Positions 37,071 to 49,855 are shown, counted from the stretch's first letter. The stretch is 64,000 bases of DNA from Octopus vulgaris (GCA_951406725.2 OX597815.1:188418001-188482000), one strand, 5' to 3'. The notes: generated from the sequence alone by a model not told the origin. Translations and numbers: made by a program.

Positions 37071-37463
37071 GCTACCCTAAAGTCCAACCCCTCCTCAAAA
37101 CGGTAGGGTAGTGTAAACGGGCAGTGTCAGAGCTATGCTGTCGGGAACTTCGGTTCCTGGTAGGCCCACCCAAGGCGGATTGGTCTGGCACCAAGCGGTA
37201 TTAGGGCTGCAGACTGGCCAACAGGGCTCTGGTGAAAATTCCAAGAGGCATCTGATCAGTAACTGGCGGCTTCGAGATCATTCTGCCCCTGCGTCTGTGG
37301 AGACTCTGTGGCAAACAGGGTGTCCCGTCACTCGGGATATTCATGCAGGATGTCGGGGACTGCTTGTGAATTCAATATTCCCACAAAACTTCTGCTACGA
37401 GAGAAGAAGCCGGCTCAACCCGCCCTGGGTGAACGCCGTCACAAGTACAAGTAAAGTACATAC
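37071..37463 (+). mobile_element. GC-rich ~390-bp non-autonomous retroelement (RTE-derived-like)
   Basis: GC island in AT-rich DNA; (CAAGTA)n-like tail; ATAAATAT direct repeats at 37063-37070 and 37464-37471. Confidence 0.55.
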
Positions 37464-37723
37464 ATAAATATTGGTAAATTTAGGTAGAATAATGAGATAC
37501 ACATTTGTCTGCAAATGTTATGATAGAAATCAAACAAAATGATGTGTTGTTGGTAGAGTTTAGTTCTGGGTCAGTCCTGGCTGTGCAGCTTGAAACATAA
37601 AAGACACTTCAGATGTGACCCTTCTATTGCTTTGAATATCTAAGATAATATTGTCTGATGTATCCCACCTATGCCAACAGGGAAGTCAGACATTAAACGT
37701 TAATAATGATAATGATGTTTTTA

Positions 37724-37957
37724 AGGCAGCAAACTGGCAGAGTCATTAGTATGCCGGGCATGATGCTTAGCGGTATTTCGTCTGCTGTTACGTTCTGAGT
37801 TCAAATTCCGTTGAGGTTGACTTTGCCTTTCATTCTTTCGGGGTTGATTAAATAAGTACCAGTTACGCACTGGTGTCGATATAATCGACTTAATCCATTT
37901 GTCTGTCCTTGTTTGTCCTCTCTGTGTTTAGCCCCTTGTGGGTAGTAAAGAAATAGA
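37724..37957 (+). mobile_element. SINE family B
   Basis: Full head, motif and tail. Confidence 0.85.
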
Positions 37958-38923
37958 TAATGATCTTTGCATTTTATTAAGACATGGAGTAATTTGAGAG
38001 AGATGTGACTGCTATTTGAAGAAGGCTTGCCCAATTAGAACATCTGTCTTTGGTTCAAAGACTATGGGTCAGAAGAATCAGTCAACATCAGATAAAATGC
38101 CTTGTGGAATTTGGTACACTTCCTTATATTCTGTTTTCACAATCTGAGATGAATAAAATAAATAACATTATGCTTCTTTTTATAGTTGAGATGTTTTACT
38201 TAAGGTTGTGTTGAAGTGTTTCACACCATCGCTGATGAGTCATCTTTTGGTGGGTCATTTTAATTGCCAATGATTCCTGTTCATAGACAACAATTATGCT
38301 ACAGTTTTTCAAGTTTCCTTTCAGTAACTATTATAAGCTCTTCCTTTGTCTTTGTGTAATGCATTTTACTTTGAGTAAAGCATCTGTTTTGACAACCATT
38401 AGCCTGGAATTTACATGACTTGGCAAGTCACTGAAACTGATGTCACATAACCAAGGCTTCAATGCAGGAGATGTTGGCTTGCTTGAACATACTGCCATTC
38501 TTCCATGTGTTTTGCCACAGGATATACAAGTTTTCAGTTAGGCATTTCTGATATTGTATATTTCTATATTGTTGAGATGTTGCTTGTCTGGTTTTCTAAA
38601 CTATAGAGGACAGCAGATGTAACAACTCTTCACATCTACAAGCCTGGTGCGTTGTCTCTGACCTTGGTCTGTACATTCTCATCCTCCCATCCGACAAAAG
38701 GTGATGCTGACATTTTATATCCAGTGTTCGATTTCCTCACCAATATCAACATTCTGTTACAAGCGGCTTTGAAGAATTCTACATTTGTCCTGGTTCTTAC
38801 CATTTGACCGTATCTCATAATGCACAAACGGCAAGGTGTTCAACTCTGGAAGATCTTGTGCAAGAACAAAGACCATAACTGCATCAGAAGCTGAACTTCA
38901 GCATGGAGATGATTCCACAAGTG

Positions 38924-39374
38924 GAGGAGCATGACTTAGAGGTTAGGGTGTTTGGGTAAGATTTGTGGTTTCAAATCCTAGACTGGGCAACTCATTGTAT
39001 TCTTGAGCAAAACACTTCATTTCATGTTGGTCCAGTCTACTCAGCTGGCAAAAGTGAATAATGAAACTGCAACTACAATATCCCTATATATCTTATTTCT
39101 ACCTTCATTCTCTTATTTCCTTCTATATTCCCTATCTCCTCCTTTCCCACAATAATTCGAAGTCAAACATTTTCTCACACTGTCTCTGATGAAGGGATAT
39201 CAAAAATATCCCAGAAACAGCTCTAAGACTATTTCATTATAAATGTCCAGAAAACTCCTCACATAGACATGTGTCTATGGAATGCTCAGCCACTTTCACA
39301 TTAATTTCATGAGCAAGCTGTTCCATTGATCGGATCAAATGGAACCCTTGTCGTCGTAACTGATGGAATGCCAC
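38924..39374 (+). mobile_element. SINE family D interrupted by a ~200-bp hammerhead-bearing segment (~39060-39260)
   Basis: Head 38924-39055 and tail 39265-39374 match the 14219-14541 copy. Confidence 0.7.
39182..39229 (+). ncRNA. Minimal type-I hammerhead ribozyme with canonical CUGAUGA core
   Basis: GTCT CTGATGA a GGGATAT caaaa ATATCCC a GAAA C agct c TA AGAC; one mismatch in the palindromic stem III. Confidence 0.8.
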
Positions 39375-39375
39375 A

Positions 39376-39409
<34 letters not shown>

Positions 39410-39681
39410 ATCTGTATATATATATATGTATATATAAATGATATATATATATATATATATATATATGTGTATATCTGTATATATATATATGTATATATGA
39501 ATAATCATCATCATCATCATCATCATCGTTTAACGTCCGTTCTCCATGCTAGCATGGGTTGGATGGTTCGACCGGGGATCTGGGAAGCCAGAAGGCTGCA
39601 CCAGGCTCCAGTCTTATCTGGCAATGTTTCTACAGCTGGATGCCCTTCCTAACGCCAACCACTCCATATATATATATATAT

Positions 39682-40456
39682 TGATAAAACGGTAAGATAA
39701 CAAAAGAAAGAAAGAGACCTCAATATTATGTAAATAGAGGAAATTTATCTATACAATAATATGTTACATTACTCGGTAGTCAAGATAAAACTCTGAGTTT
39801 CAGATGCCGAAGTGGAAATCCACAACACCATCTCATCGGTTATCTGGCTATTTGAAAACACTAGGAAAAAATACCGTTAAATAAAGGGAAATTACTCTGT
39901 TATAACTCTGTTTGCCTGCGTACTTATACATCGCTCGCATTTTTCGTCATAAAAATTATATAAAAATACATAAAAAATATATAAAAATATATATAAAAAA
40001 TATATAAATTCTTCTTGGGACATAACATAGAAAGCATGTTCTATCTGTTTTCTTTAGGGGACCAAAAACGTAACAGAAATTTAGTCACATGTGGGCATGA
40101 TCCGAAAAGCTCTGTCCTTGTATTTAGACATGTAGTAGGGTCTAAGCTGCTTTTCCGTCCCCTAAAGAAAACAGATAGAACATGCTTTCTATGTTATGTC
40201 CCAAGAAGAATTTATATATTTTTTATATATATTTTTATATATTTTTTATGTATTTTTATATAATTTTTATGACGAAAAATGCGAGCGATGTATAAGTACG
40301 CAGGCAGACAGAGTTATAACAGAGTAATTTCCCTTTATTTAACGGTATTTTTTCCTAGCGTTTTCAAATAGCCAGATAACCGATGAGATGGTGTTGTGGA
40401 TTTCCACTTCAGCATCTGAAACTCAGAGTTTTATCTTGACTACCGAGTAATGTAAC

Positions 40457-40463
<7 letters not shown>
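39682..40463 (+). mobile_element. Non-coding PLE-like insertion: 307-bp inverted repeats, 94-bp spacer, ~74-nt tail, within (TA)n
   Basis: 39756-40062 is the near-exact reverse complement of 40157-40463; each arm carries a hammerhead motif. Confidence 0.85.
40374..40436 (+). ncRNA. Type-I hammerhead ribozyme, U4C variant (mirror copy at 39783-39845, minus strand)
   Basis: AGATAA CCGATGA GATG..GTGGA tt TCCAC..CATC t GAAA CTC a GAG TT TTATCT. Confidence 0.7.
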
Positions 40464-40497
<34 letters not shown>

Positions 40498-40508
40498 GTA
40501 TATATATG

Positions 40509-40553
<45 letters not shown>

Positions 40554-40580
40554 TAATTATGTATGCATATATATATTTAA

Positions 40581-40613
<33 letters not shown>

Positions 40614-40964
40614 TTTGTATACACTCACATACACACACATACACACATACATATGAAATATTCTGAACATTTTCATTCAAGATTATTGCAAGAAGCTAGT
40701 TATTGTTAACAGATGAGATGTTCCATCACACAATATGACTTTTTTAAAACTGATCAGATGTATGTTTTAAATTGATCAGATGTACCAAGTAATTGAATGA
40801 CTGTCAGTTAAAAACTAATTAAAAACACTAGAATTCTGATATCATGTCACAGCATCATTCAAATACAGAGGAAATTTCCACAGACAGGAGATTAAATAAT
40901 TAACCATAGTTTATGGTATTCAATTGAATTATTTCAGAGATTTTTATGATTAATGATTGTTAAA

Positions 40965-41503
40965 ATATTTCGTTTTTTGGATTTGGCTTGCAAGATTCTT
41001 TATATGAGTTCGTGTGTTGAAGCATATTTTGTTGTGTCTGGGCAGAGTCATTTTCTTTTTGTGCCTTATAATATAACACACTCACCGGTAAAATTTCCAC
41101 TTTTTTCTTATTTGTATTTTCTAAAATTTTCGTTTTAGAAAACACGGACATGCAAGCACATAAATATGCAGGATACGTACATACAGATGCACATACATAC
41201 ATATATACATATGCATACACACACATATATACATACATACACATGCAAACACACATATACATACATACGTACATGCATGCATGCATAGGCACACACACAC
41301 ACACACACACTGACTCACACACATGTGCACAAACAAACAAAAGGGAATGCAGTGCAAATTATGGACAGAGTCAAAACTATTGAAAAGGTTGCAAGACGCA
41401 ACGAAAATTTTAGGAAAATAAAAATAAGAAATAAGTGGAAATTTTACCGGTGAGTGTGTTACATTATAAGGCACAAAAAGAAAATGACTCTCCCCAGACA
41501 CAA
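40965..41503 (+). mobile_element. PLE-like insertion with inverted arms and asymmetric tail
   Basis: ~41032-41135 is the reverse complement of ~41400-41503; extra tail 40965-41031; hammerhead-like motif at 41377-41413. Confidence 0.7.
41377..41413 (+). ncRNA. Candidate minimal hammerhead, U3-A8 variant
   Basis: CTA TTGAAAA g GTTGC aagac GCAAC GAAA AT TT TAG; stems I and III are very short. Confidence 0.55.
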
Positions 41504-42548
41504 TAGATTGTTAAAATGTTATCAAATAAGGAATGCTTATAATAGAGAGTATTATCAGAAAAGGAATTACAGCATTAAAAGACAAAGGAGTGTAGGTATC
41601 TCTAGATTCTGAAAAATTCCATGCATGAAGAGAAAGTCCTTCAAGATGCAAATGTATCTTTTTAGTATTTTGCAATGCAATATAAATGAATGGTACTGTT
41701 TGTCACTGGAGGTCCCCCGAGATAAGATGTTGGTTGAAGATATTTCTAAATAATGTTGTCCTGGAAATTCAATATCGTCCAAGTATTTATTATCTGTACT
41801 AGAAATCTTGAGATTTAACTGATAACATGAGCATTATATAAGACTGTACGGAACAGGCAAATCAATGTCAAGACAAGTCTATACTTGACCTGTTTGGAAT
41901 CATTAAAAAGCTTAATGTGAAAACAAGTGGTTTTCATACAAGGTGTATGAAGAGATATCCTTTCTGGAAGTATGTAAAGAAATAGAAAGAGAAGCAGGGG
42001 AGGGGCGAGCAGAGAGGAGGGAGGGAAATAGAGACAGACAGTCATACTTTCTCTGTGTGTGTGTGTGAGAAAGAGTGTGTTGTAGTTTTCATCTAACTCA
42101 GAGACAATATAAATTTAATCTTATTAATTTTAAAAGGAATAATTTTTGCATTGTTTTCAAGTTCATGTTATTAACAGTCTGCACCATGGCTAAAAGCTTA
42201 ATGAAAAAACAACAAAAACAGATAACGAGAAGGACAACGAAAACTAACGATCTCTTGTATATGGTTGTTTGTTTTATTATTCCTACAGCCACCACCACTT
42301 CTTTATTTGTTTATTTATTTTGTATTGCAAATGGTGAACAATAGCTTCATTGCTTACTGGTTTCCAAAGAACCATTCATTGGTTCACTGCATTTCTTAAA
42401 GCAAAAATGACAAAGAAGTATCTTTAACTCATTGCAGAACAAACAATCACATGGGACCTCACTCATAATGTACGGCTTTATTGATTTTTTTTACTAATGT
42501 TTATATCCTTCACCTATATGCATCAATATACATCGATGAATGATACAC

Positions 42549-42593
<45 letters not shown>

Positions 42594-42755
42594 CCGGAGT
42601 AAACACATAAATGTGAAACAAGGTGGAAAAAAGGGTACTCAAATACCAGTGGTAGAGCAATATGCTTTATTTAAAGCATAAACTGTCCGATGAATGGCAA
42701 CAGGAAACTCAGAGTAACAGGTTTTGTTGAATTTTCTGCTGCTTTAAATAAAGTA
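42594..42755 (+). mobile_element. 160-bp PLE-like stub in (TA)n: tail, short inverted end and hammerhead
   Basis: ATGCTTTATTTAAAGCA (42662-42678) is inverted at ~42739-42755 as TGCTTTAAATAAAGTAT. Confidence 0.7.
42683..42720 (+). ncRNA. Minimal type-I hammerhead ribozyme, U4C variant
   Basis: CTGT CCGATGA a TG gcaa CA g GAAA CTC a GAG TA ACAG; GNRA loop II; same stem III as the 40374 motif. Confidence 0.7.
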
Positions 42756-42986
42756 TATATATATATGTATGTATATACACACATACACACATGCATGCAC
42801 ACATATGATGAGCTTTCACGCAGCTCCCATTTAATTATTTTGTCACAAAATATCAATGAACCCATGGCTATTTAGATGACACTTGCTAAGGAATCACACA
42901 GTGGGTTTTGAACCCAGAACCATGTTGTTAGAAAGAGAAATTCTTAACCGCACAACCATGACTGCATCAATAACTAAAATAAATAA

Positions 42987-43382
42987 GGCAGTGATCTGGC
43001 AGAATCAGTAGTTCGCTGAATGAAATGTTTAGTAGTATTTTGTCTATCTTTACATACTGAGTTCAAATTCCACTGAGGTTGACTTTGCCTTTCATCCTTA
43101 TGGGGTCGATAAATTAAGCACCAATTTTTACTGGGATCGATCTAATTGACTGGCCCCCTCACCCGAAATTTTGTGCCTTGTGCCTAGAGAAAAATAGAAT
43201 AATTAAAATATATAGCAGGAGTGGCTGTGTGGTAAGTAGCTTGCTAACCAACCACATGGTTCCGGGTTCAGTCCCACTGCGTGGCATCTTGAGCAAGTGT
43301 CTTCTGCTATAGCCTCGGGCCGACCAAAGCCTTGTGAGTGGATTTGGTAGACGGAAACTGAAAGAAGCCTGTCGTATATATG

Positions 43383-43414
<32 letters not shown>

Positions 43415-43643
43415 GGTTTGTGTGTCTGTGTTTGTCCTCCCAGCATTGCTTGACAACCGATGCTGGTGTGTTTACGTCACCGTCACTTAGCGGTTCGGCA
43501 AAAGAGACCGATAGAATAAGTACTGGGCTTACAAAGAATAAGTCCCGGGGTCGATTTGCTCGACTAAAGGCGGTGCTCCAGCATGGCCGCAGTCAAATGA
43601 CTGAAACAAGTAAAAGAGTAAAAGAGTAAAAGAGTAAAAGAGT
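42987..43643 (+). mobile_element. Adjacent SINE family B (42987-43195) and family A (43214-43643) copies
   Basis: Family consensus motifs. Confidence 0.85.
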
Positions 43644-43917
43644 ATATCTAGGACAAAGAAATGGAGAAAAGTTTGCTTGAGTTCAAATCCAGTTAAAATC
43701 AACTTTACTTTTCTCCCTTATAAAGTAGACAGTATAAAGTACTAGTCAAGTACTGAGAACAATTCACATTCCTTAAACTAGACACTGGAATTATCATAGG
43801 AAACTCTGAGTAATCTAAGACTTGAAAGGATCATAAATACTTACCCTCGTTCTTGAACTGAGTAATAATTCTAAAAAGAACCGTCCAACCCATGCTAGCA
43901 TGGAAAGCGGATGCTAA

Positions 43918-43950
<33 letters not shown>

Positions 43951-46557
43951 ACTTTAGATGGCTGATAAATAAGTACACATTTTTGGCTTAGGAATGAAAA
44001 CGGTGCCAGCAATCCTAATATATATTCATTATTTGCTACCAATTCTTTGACATATAAATTCATGCTTAAAATATGCATTAATATATACATATGTATAAAT
44101 ATGAAGTAATGATCTAAACATGGTGCACTTGGAACCTTGGCATTTCTTAAGCCCTTCGCAATATTTAGCCTGTTTGCTAATACTTCTAATCGTTTCATTA
44201 AGGTTCCTCTATATATTATGATGTCAAATGCACTTATTTTGATAGCATTTCATTCTGATTCATGGCTTTAAGTATAATTTTATTATGCTACACAAATGTC
44301 TGTTTTCGATTCATATTTAGATGAGAATAAAAATTTTCTATTGAACAAGAAACAAAATGTTCATTTCAATGTAAATTGCAACAGAAAAGGAAATGTAGAT
44401 GAAATATTTATTATGGCTTCGTAAATTCCTCTGATGTAGTAGCACAGTAGTATTTTAATAACTTAATGATAATGTGATGGCTTAAGACTACAAGCAGATT
44501 AATCTCGTGATGTTTTACAACCTTAATTAGAAAGCTACAGTGATCCTTTAAATAGTAATTATGCACATAACTTTATGCATATTTATCAATCCATCAGTTT
44601 GTCTCCAGATACATTGATTTAGGCTAGAAATTCTATTCTATTCTATGTATTTTGTTTATCTGTTGTATCTTTGTCTTTCCATCATTTATAATCTAAATGT
44701 GTGAAGAATGTCAGAATGTCTAGTGACTAGTAGATTAAAGCAATTCTGTTCTTGTTAACAATAGATGAATTCTATCTTTGTACAAAACTCTGTTTGTTCA
44801 AAGTGTATATTAGATGTGTGTTACAATGAAACAATGTTAGTGAAATATGGCAAGTAGATGTTAAAATTGGATAACACATAGACCAGTTTTTTTATTATTA
44901 TTATTATTGTTATTATTATTATTATTCTCTGCATCTTATTCCCTACCCAAATCTAAAGAATACACTTCAGTTAAAAGCAAACTAACCGCATGATTAGAAA
45001 TTAAAACATCAAATAATATTGTTCTAACAAGTACATAGAGCAATATGGACATCAGTGGCTATTACTGCAAGGTAACCAGAGTAGGTTTGTGTTAATAAAA
45101 ATTTAGAATATAGTAGTTAGTACTTTAGGGAGATTGCATATAACAAATAAAATGATTGTACATGAGATAATGTGGTAAGCGATGATTATACTGAAACTTT
45201 CAACCTTTAATATCACAGTAAAAATGGACCATAAAAATATTACTAAAGAATAATTTATTTCCCATTTTTTTTTCTTCACCTGTCTTTATAAACCTCTTAA
45301 CAATTAGCAGACATGCTAGGTAGGATCAGTATTAATCTTATTATAATCAACAATGCTGGGGAAATAGATAGATTTGTTGGAAGTCTATTGTTATTGGGGT
45401 AAAATTATTTCTTTTGTCATGCAATAAAGATTTTTTATTTATTTATCTATATTTTTGCTTCTGTTTATTTAAATTCCTTTAACGTTTACTTACATGAAAT
45501 GTAAGCAGAAAAGTCAGTTGGTGATTTAAATGCCTTTGGATTAATATAATCTACAGCATTTATATTGAAAAATATTTTAAGACTTTAGGAAAGCACTGCA
45601 CTAAATGAATAATGTCTATAAAGTAGGTTAATATCCTATTTATTATTCATTGTCGTGATAGCAGAAAGAATAAAAAAACAAGTGAATTATTGACTTCCAC
45701 AAAGTCAATAAAATGATAGCTCACTATGCTGCGCCATAACATAGTAAATATAGCATAATAAATCATTCTTTTCCATGATACCATAATACACAATACCATT
45801 TATACCATCATGCCATGCTCAATATTATACCCTATTAAACTATAACTTATCTGGATACCATATCATATGATATTTCATATACTCTTTTGTTAGTTTGCAC
45901 TGGTTACAGGGTTTGAAGTATTAAGTTAAGCTTGTTTAAATTAATTCTTGACATAGCAGTAATGAATGCGTGCTCTAAGTACCCCCCACCTCTCTCAATA
46001 AACACATGTATAAACTAATGCATGAATGCTTATGAAGGTTGCACACAAGTGTTATGTATTTCTACCATCAATCAAAATATCTATGAAAGAAGAGCAAGAT
46101 GTAAATCGTTTATGTTGCCACTTACGAGTTGTATATTAATTCCTTACTGAAATTATTCACTTCATTTTCTTATGTCAAACTAAGTTCTCACATCTTCCGC
46201 CGCTTGTGCATCTCGTAATGCTTTCTGCATCGTGCAGGCGTTAGGTCCCAGTCAAGCTTTATGTAGATTGTTATAAGTATTGCAGTGTCTGAATACACAG
46301 ACACACATGCATGTGCACTCACACACACAAACATGCATGTGTACATGTGCACACACATGCAGACATACACAATTATATATCATCATTACCATCAGCACTT
46401 GACATCTTCCTTCTTTGCTGGCATAGTTTGGATACACACACGCACACGCACACACACACACGCACGCACATACGCACACACACACATGCACATACACATA
46501 CACATTCATATCATACAGACATACAGACGTACGTACACATATATATATAATATATAC

Positions 46558-46590
<33 letters not shown>

Positions 46591-46654
46591 AAGAGAGAAA
46601 GAGAGAGTGAAAGAAAGAGATGGAAAAAGAGCCACAGCAGCTATTTTTGGTTTG

Positions 46655-46713
<59 letters not shown>

Positions 46714-46732
46714 GACATCATCATCATCATCG

Positions 46733-46777
<45 letters not shown>

Positions 46778-47100
46778 GCTAAAGCTTGTTGTCCATGCTG
46801 GCATGAGTTGGACGGTTTGACCAGGGCTGGCAAGCTGAGGGGCTGCACCAGACCCCAGTCTAATTTGGCATGGTTTCTATGGCTGGATGCCCTTCCTAAT
46901 GCCAACCACTCCGAGAGTGTAATGAGTGCACGGGTGCCACTTGTGTGACACCAGTCTCTGCCATGGTGATGATTTCCCTTGGCTTGATTGGTCTTCTTCT
47001 CGAGCATGACATATTACCGAAAGTTTTGGTCATATGTCATTACCTCCATGAGGCCCAACGTTTTAAAGGTGATTTTTACATGCCACTGGCATGGGCGCTA
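46655..47100 (-). mobile_element. SINE family C with expanded (CAT)n tail
   Basis: Family C tail on the minus strand. Confidence 0.7.
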
Positions 47101-47494
47101 GTTACACAACACCAGCAAAATTCTGTAACAACATTCCTTGTGATATTTATTCAGTACCAAGCTACATAAACTCCCAGTCATTCATCAAAAATATAATGAA
47201 ACGGGGAATTAGAGTACCAAAACAATGTAAAGTGGGGGTGTTCTTGCTTGTGGTCCTGTAAGATATTTGTACTTCAATCATAACGCAAACCAACAGAGAA
47301 GTTTCTCTGTAGTTGCTTAAGCAGCACACTACCATCTTAAAAAAGAATGGATGAAAACGTTGGCCAGTGTTGTCTCTGGATACATAAGAAGACAGAGAGG
47401 TAAATAACTGGAATAATTTTGAGCAGAGTTCTGCAGGATTAGAATTGACCTGGGAATAAACTGCAACAATAAATATTAATTGTCTAAAATATAC

Positions 47495-47785
47495 CTGTGC
47501 TGGTGCCATGTAAAAAGCATCCAGAACACTCTGTAAAGTGGTTGGCACTAGGAGAGGCATCCAACCATAGAAACCATGCCAAAGCAGACAATTGGTGCCT
47601 GGTGCAGCTCTCTGGTTGGCTAGCTCCTGTCAAAGCATCCAACCCATGCCAACATGGAAAATGGATGTTAAATGATAATGATGATGATGACAACGATGAT
47701 GATGATGATGATGATGATGACGACGACGACGACGATGATGATGATGATGATGATGACGATGATGATGATGATGATGATGATGATA
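47495..47785 (+). mobile_element. SINE family C
   Basis: Tail and (GAT/GAC)n. Confidence 0.75.
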
Positions 47786-48795
47786 TTGTGATAGTCTATG
47801 CATATGATATCTGATTTCTGCATACCTGACAATAATAATTTTAAAATAATTTTTAAAAAATCTGTATTATTTAAATCAATTAAACCATGAAAGCTTTATG
47901 AGTTGAGAAAATCTTTAGAAATAAGCAATATGAAAAATGCTTATTTAAAAAAAAAAAAATTGAAAGTTTATTGTATACTCATAAAACTAAGTCCAGAAAA
48001 TATAAATAGTTTGAATTAATAAATAACAAAATTATGTTAAAATATAATTGAAATTTGAAATTGTGTAAAACAATTCCTCTCTAGAATGTTCATGAATGTC
48101 TTTTTAGCATGAAGAATTGAATTAATAAAGACACTTAACAGAGGCAATTTAAAGACTTGTTTTTGAAAGTGAAAGAAGCTTTTTTTGTCAAGTAAAAGAC
48201 TTTTGTTGTGCTTGTGGGATTTTCCCATTTTGTCTCTCATTAAGATTTAGACATACATTTACAATGAAATGAAAATGGTTGTTGCTTTTATTAATTATTA
48301 TGAAAATCATGGTGTAACATGCGTATGTGTTGGTATATATATCTATATACATATATAAAACTATGTGTTTGCATATTCTTGTGTGAATGTTAGAAGACTG
48401 ATAATAAATGAATTTTCCAATAAATACGTCATTTTTTTTTTTTCCCAATTTAACAATTATGTTTAAATTAAAATTATATTATGGCTGACTGTTTTCATTC
48501 CAGTGTAGTGTCATTGGCAGAGAGTAATATAAAATCAAGCTTATACTTGATTAGCCATTTGAAACATCCAAACTAATTGCCTCACAGGTCGGTGGTACTT
48601 TCCTACTAAATAAAATACCTCGGTAATTATAAATGGGTGTCTTTTTTTTTTTTTTTTCATCAGCATCATTTTTGCATCCACTTTTCTGTGCTGCTGCCGT
48701 GTGTTGTGCTGCTTCTCTTAATAGTCTTTGAATGGTTGGATGCTTACTCTGTTGCTAACTCTTTTAGTCACCTCTTATAACACACAGAGATACAT

Positions 48796-49855
48796 ACTCT
48801 TTTACTTGTTTCAGTCATTTGACTGCGGCCATGCTGGAGCACCGCCTTTAATCGAGAAACTCGACCCCGGGACTTATTCTTTTGTAAGCCCAGTACTTAT
48901 TCTATCGGTCTCTTTTGCTGAACTGCTAAGTAATGGGGAGATAAACACACCAGCATCAGTTGTCAAGCAATGCTAGGGGGACAAACACAGACACGCAAAC
49001 ACACACACGCATATATATACATATATACATAAATACGACGGGCTTCTTTTCAGTTTCCGTCTGCCAAATCCATTCACAAGGCATTGGTCGGCCCGAGGCT
49101 ATAGTAGAAGACACTTGCCCAAGGTGCCACGCAGTGGGATTGAACCCGGAACCATGTGGCTGGTAAACAAGCTACTTACCACACAGCCACTCCTGCGCCT
49201 ATATCTTACCACACAGCCACTCCTGCGCCTATATACTTACCACACCAGTGTATACTTATATACACAGAGTTATACGAATGCACAAGCATATACACACTTA
49301 CTGAGGTACACATACACACACATTACATATGACAAAAGGTACCCCAATAAGGGTTCCAAACAGACTAGGGCTACACATCATTTTCCCTAACAGAGAAATG
49401 ATTCAATTTGCCATCTTTGTATGGCTGTTATTCTTTTATTCTTTCACTTGTTTTAGTCATTTGACAGTGGCCATGCTGGAGCACTGCCTTAAAGGATTTT
49501 AGTCAAACGAATCAACTCTAGGACTTATTCTTTGTAAGCCTAGTACCTATTCTATCAGTCTCTTTTGCTGAACTGCTAAGTTACAGGGATGTAAACACAC
49601 CAGCGTCGAGTGTCAAGTGATGGTGGTGGGGCGAACAAACACAGACACACAAATATATATACACATATATTAATATATATATATATATATAAATATGATG
49701 GGCTTCTTTCAGTTTCCATCTACCAAATCCATTCACAAGTCTTTGGTCAGCTCGAGGATATAGTAGAAGACACTTGCCCAAGGTGCTATGCAGGGGGACT
49801 GAACATGAAACCACGTGGTTGGGAAGCAAGCTTCTTACTACACAGCCACACCTGT
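48796..49855 (-). mobile_element. Two SINE family A copies (48796-49232 with duplicated 5' end; 49432-49855)
   Basis: Family A motifs on the minus strand. Confidence 0.85.

Noticed and set aside
38590-38870. Weak RTE-like peptide on the minus strand (DIGEEIEHWI..SITF)
   Set aside because: Too short and decayed to call by eye
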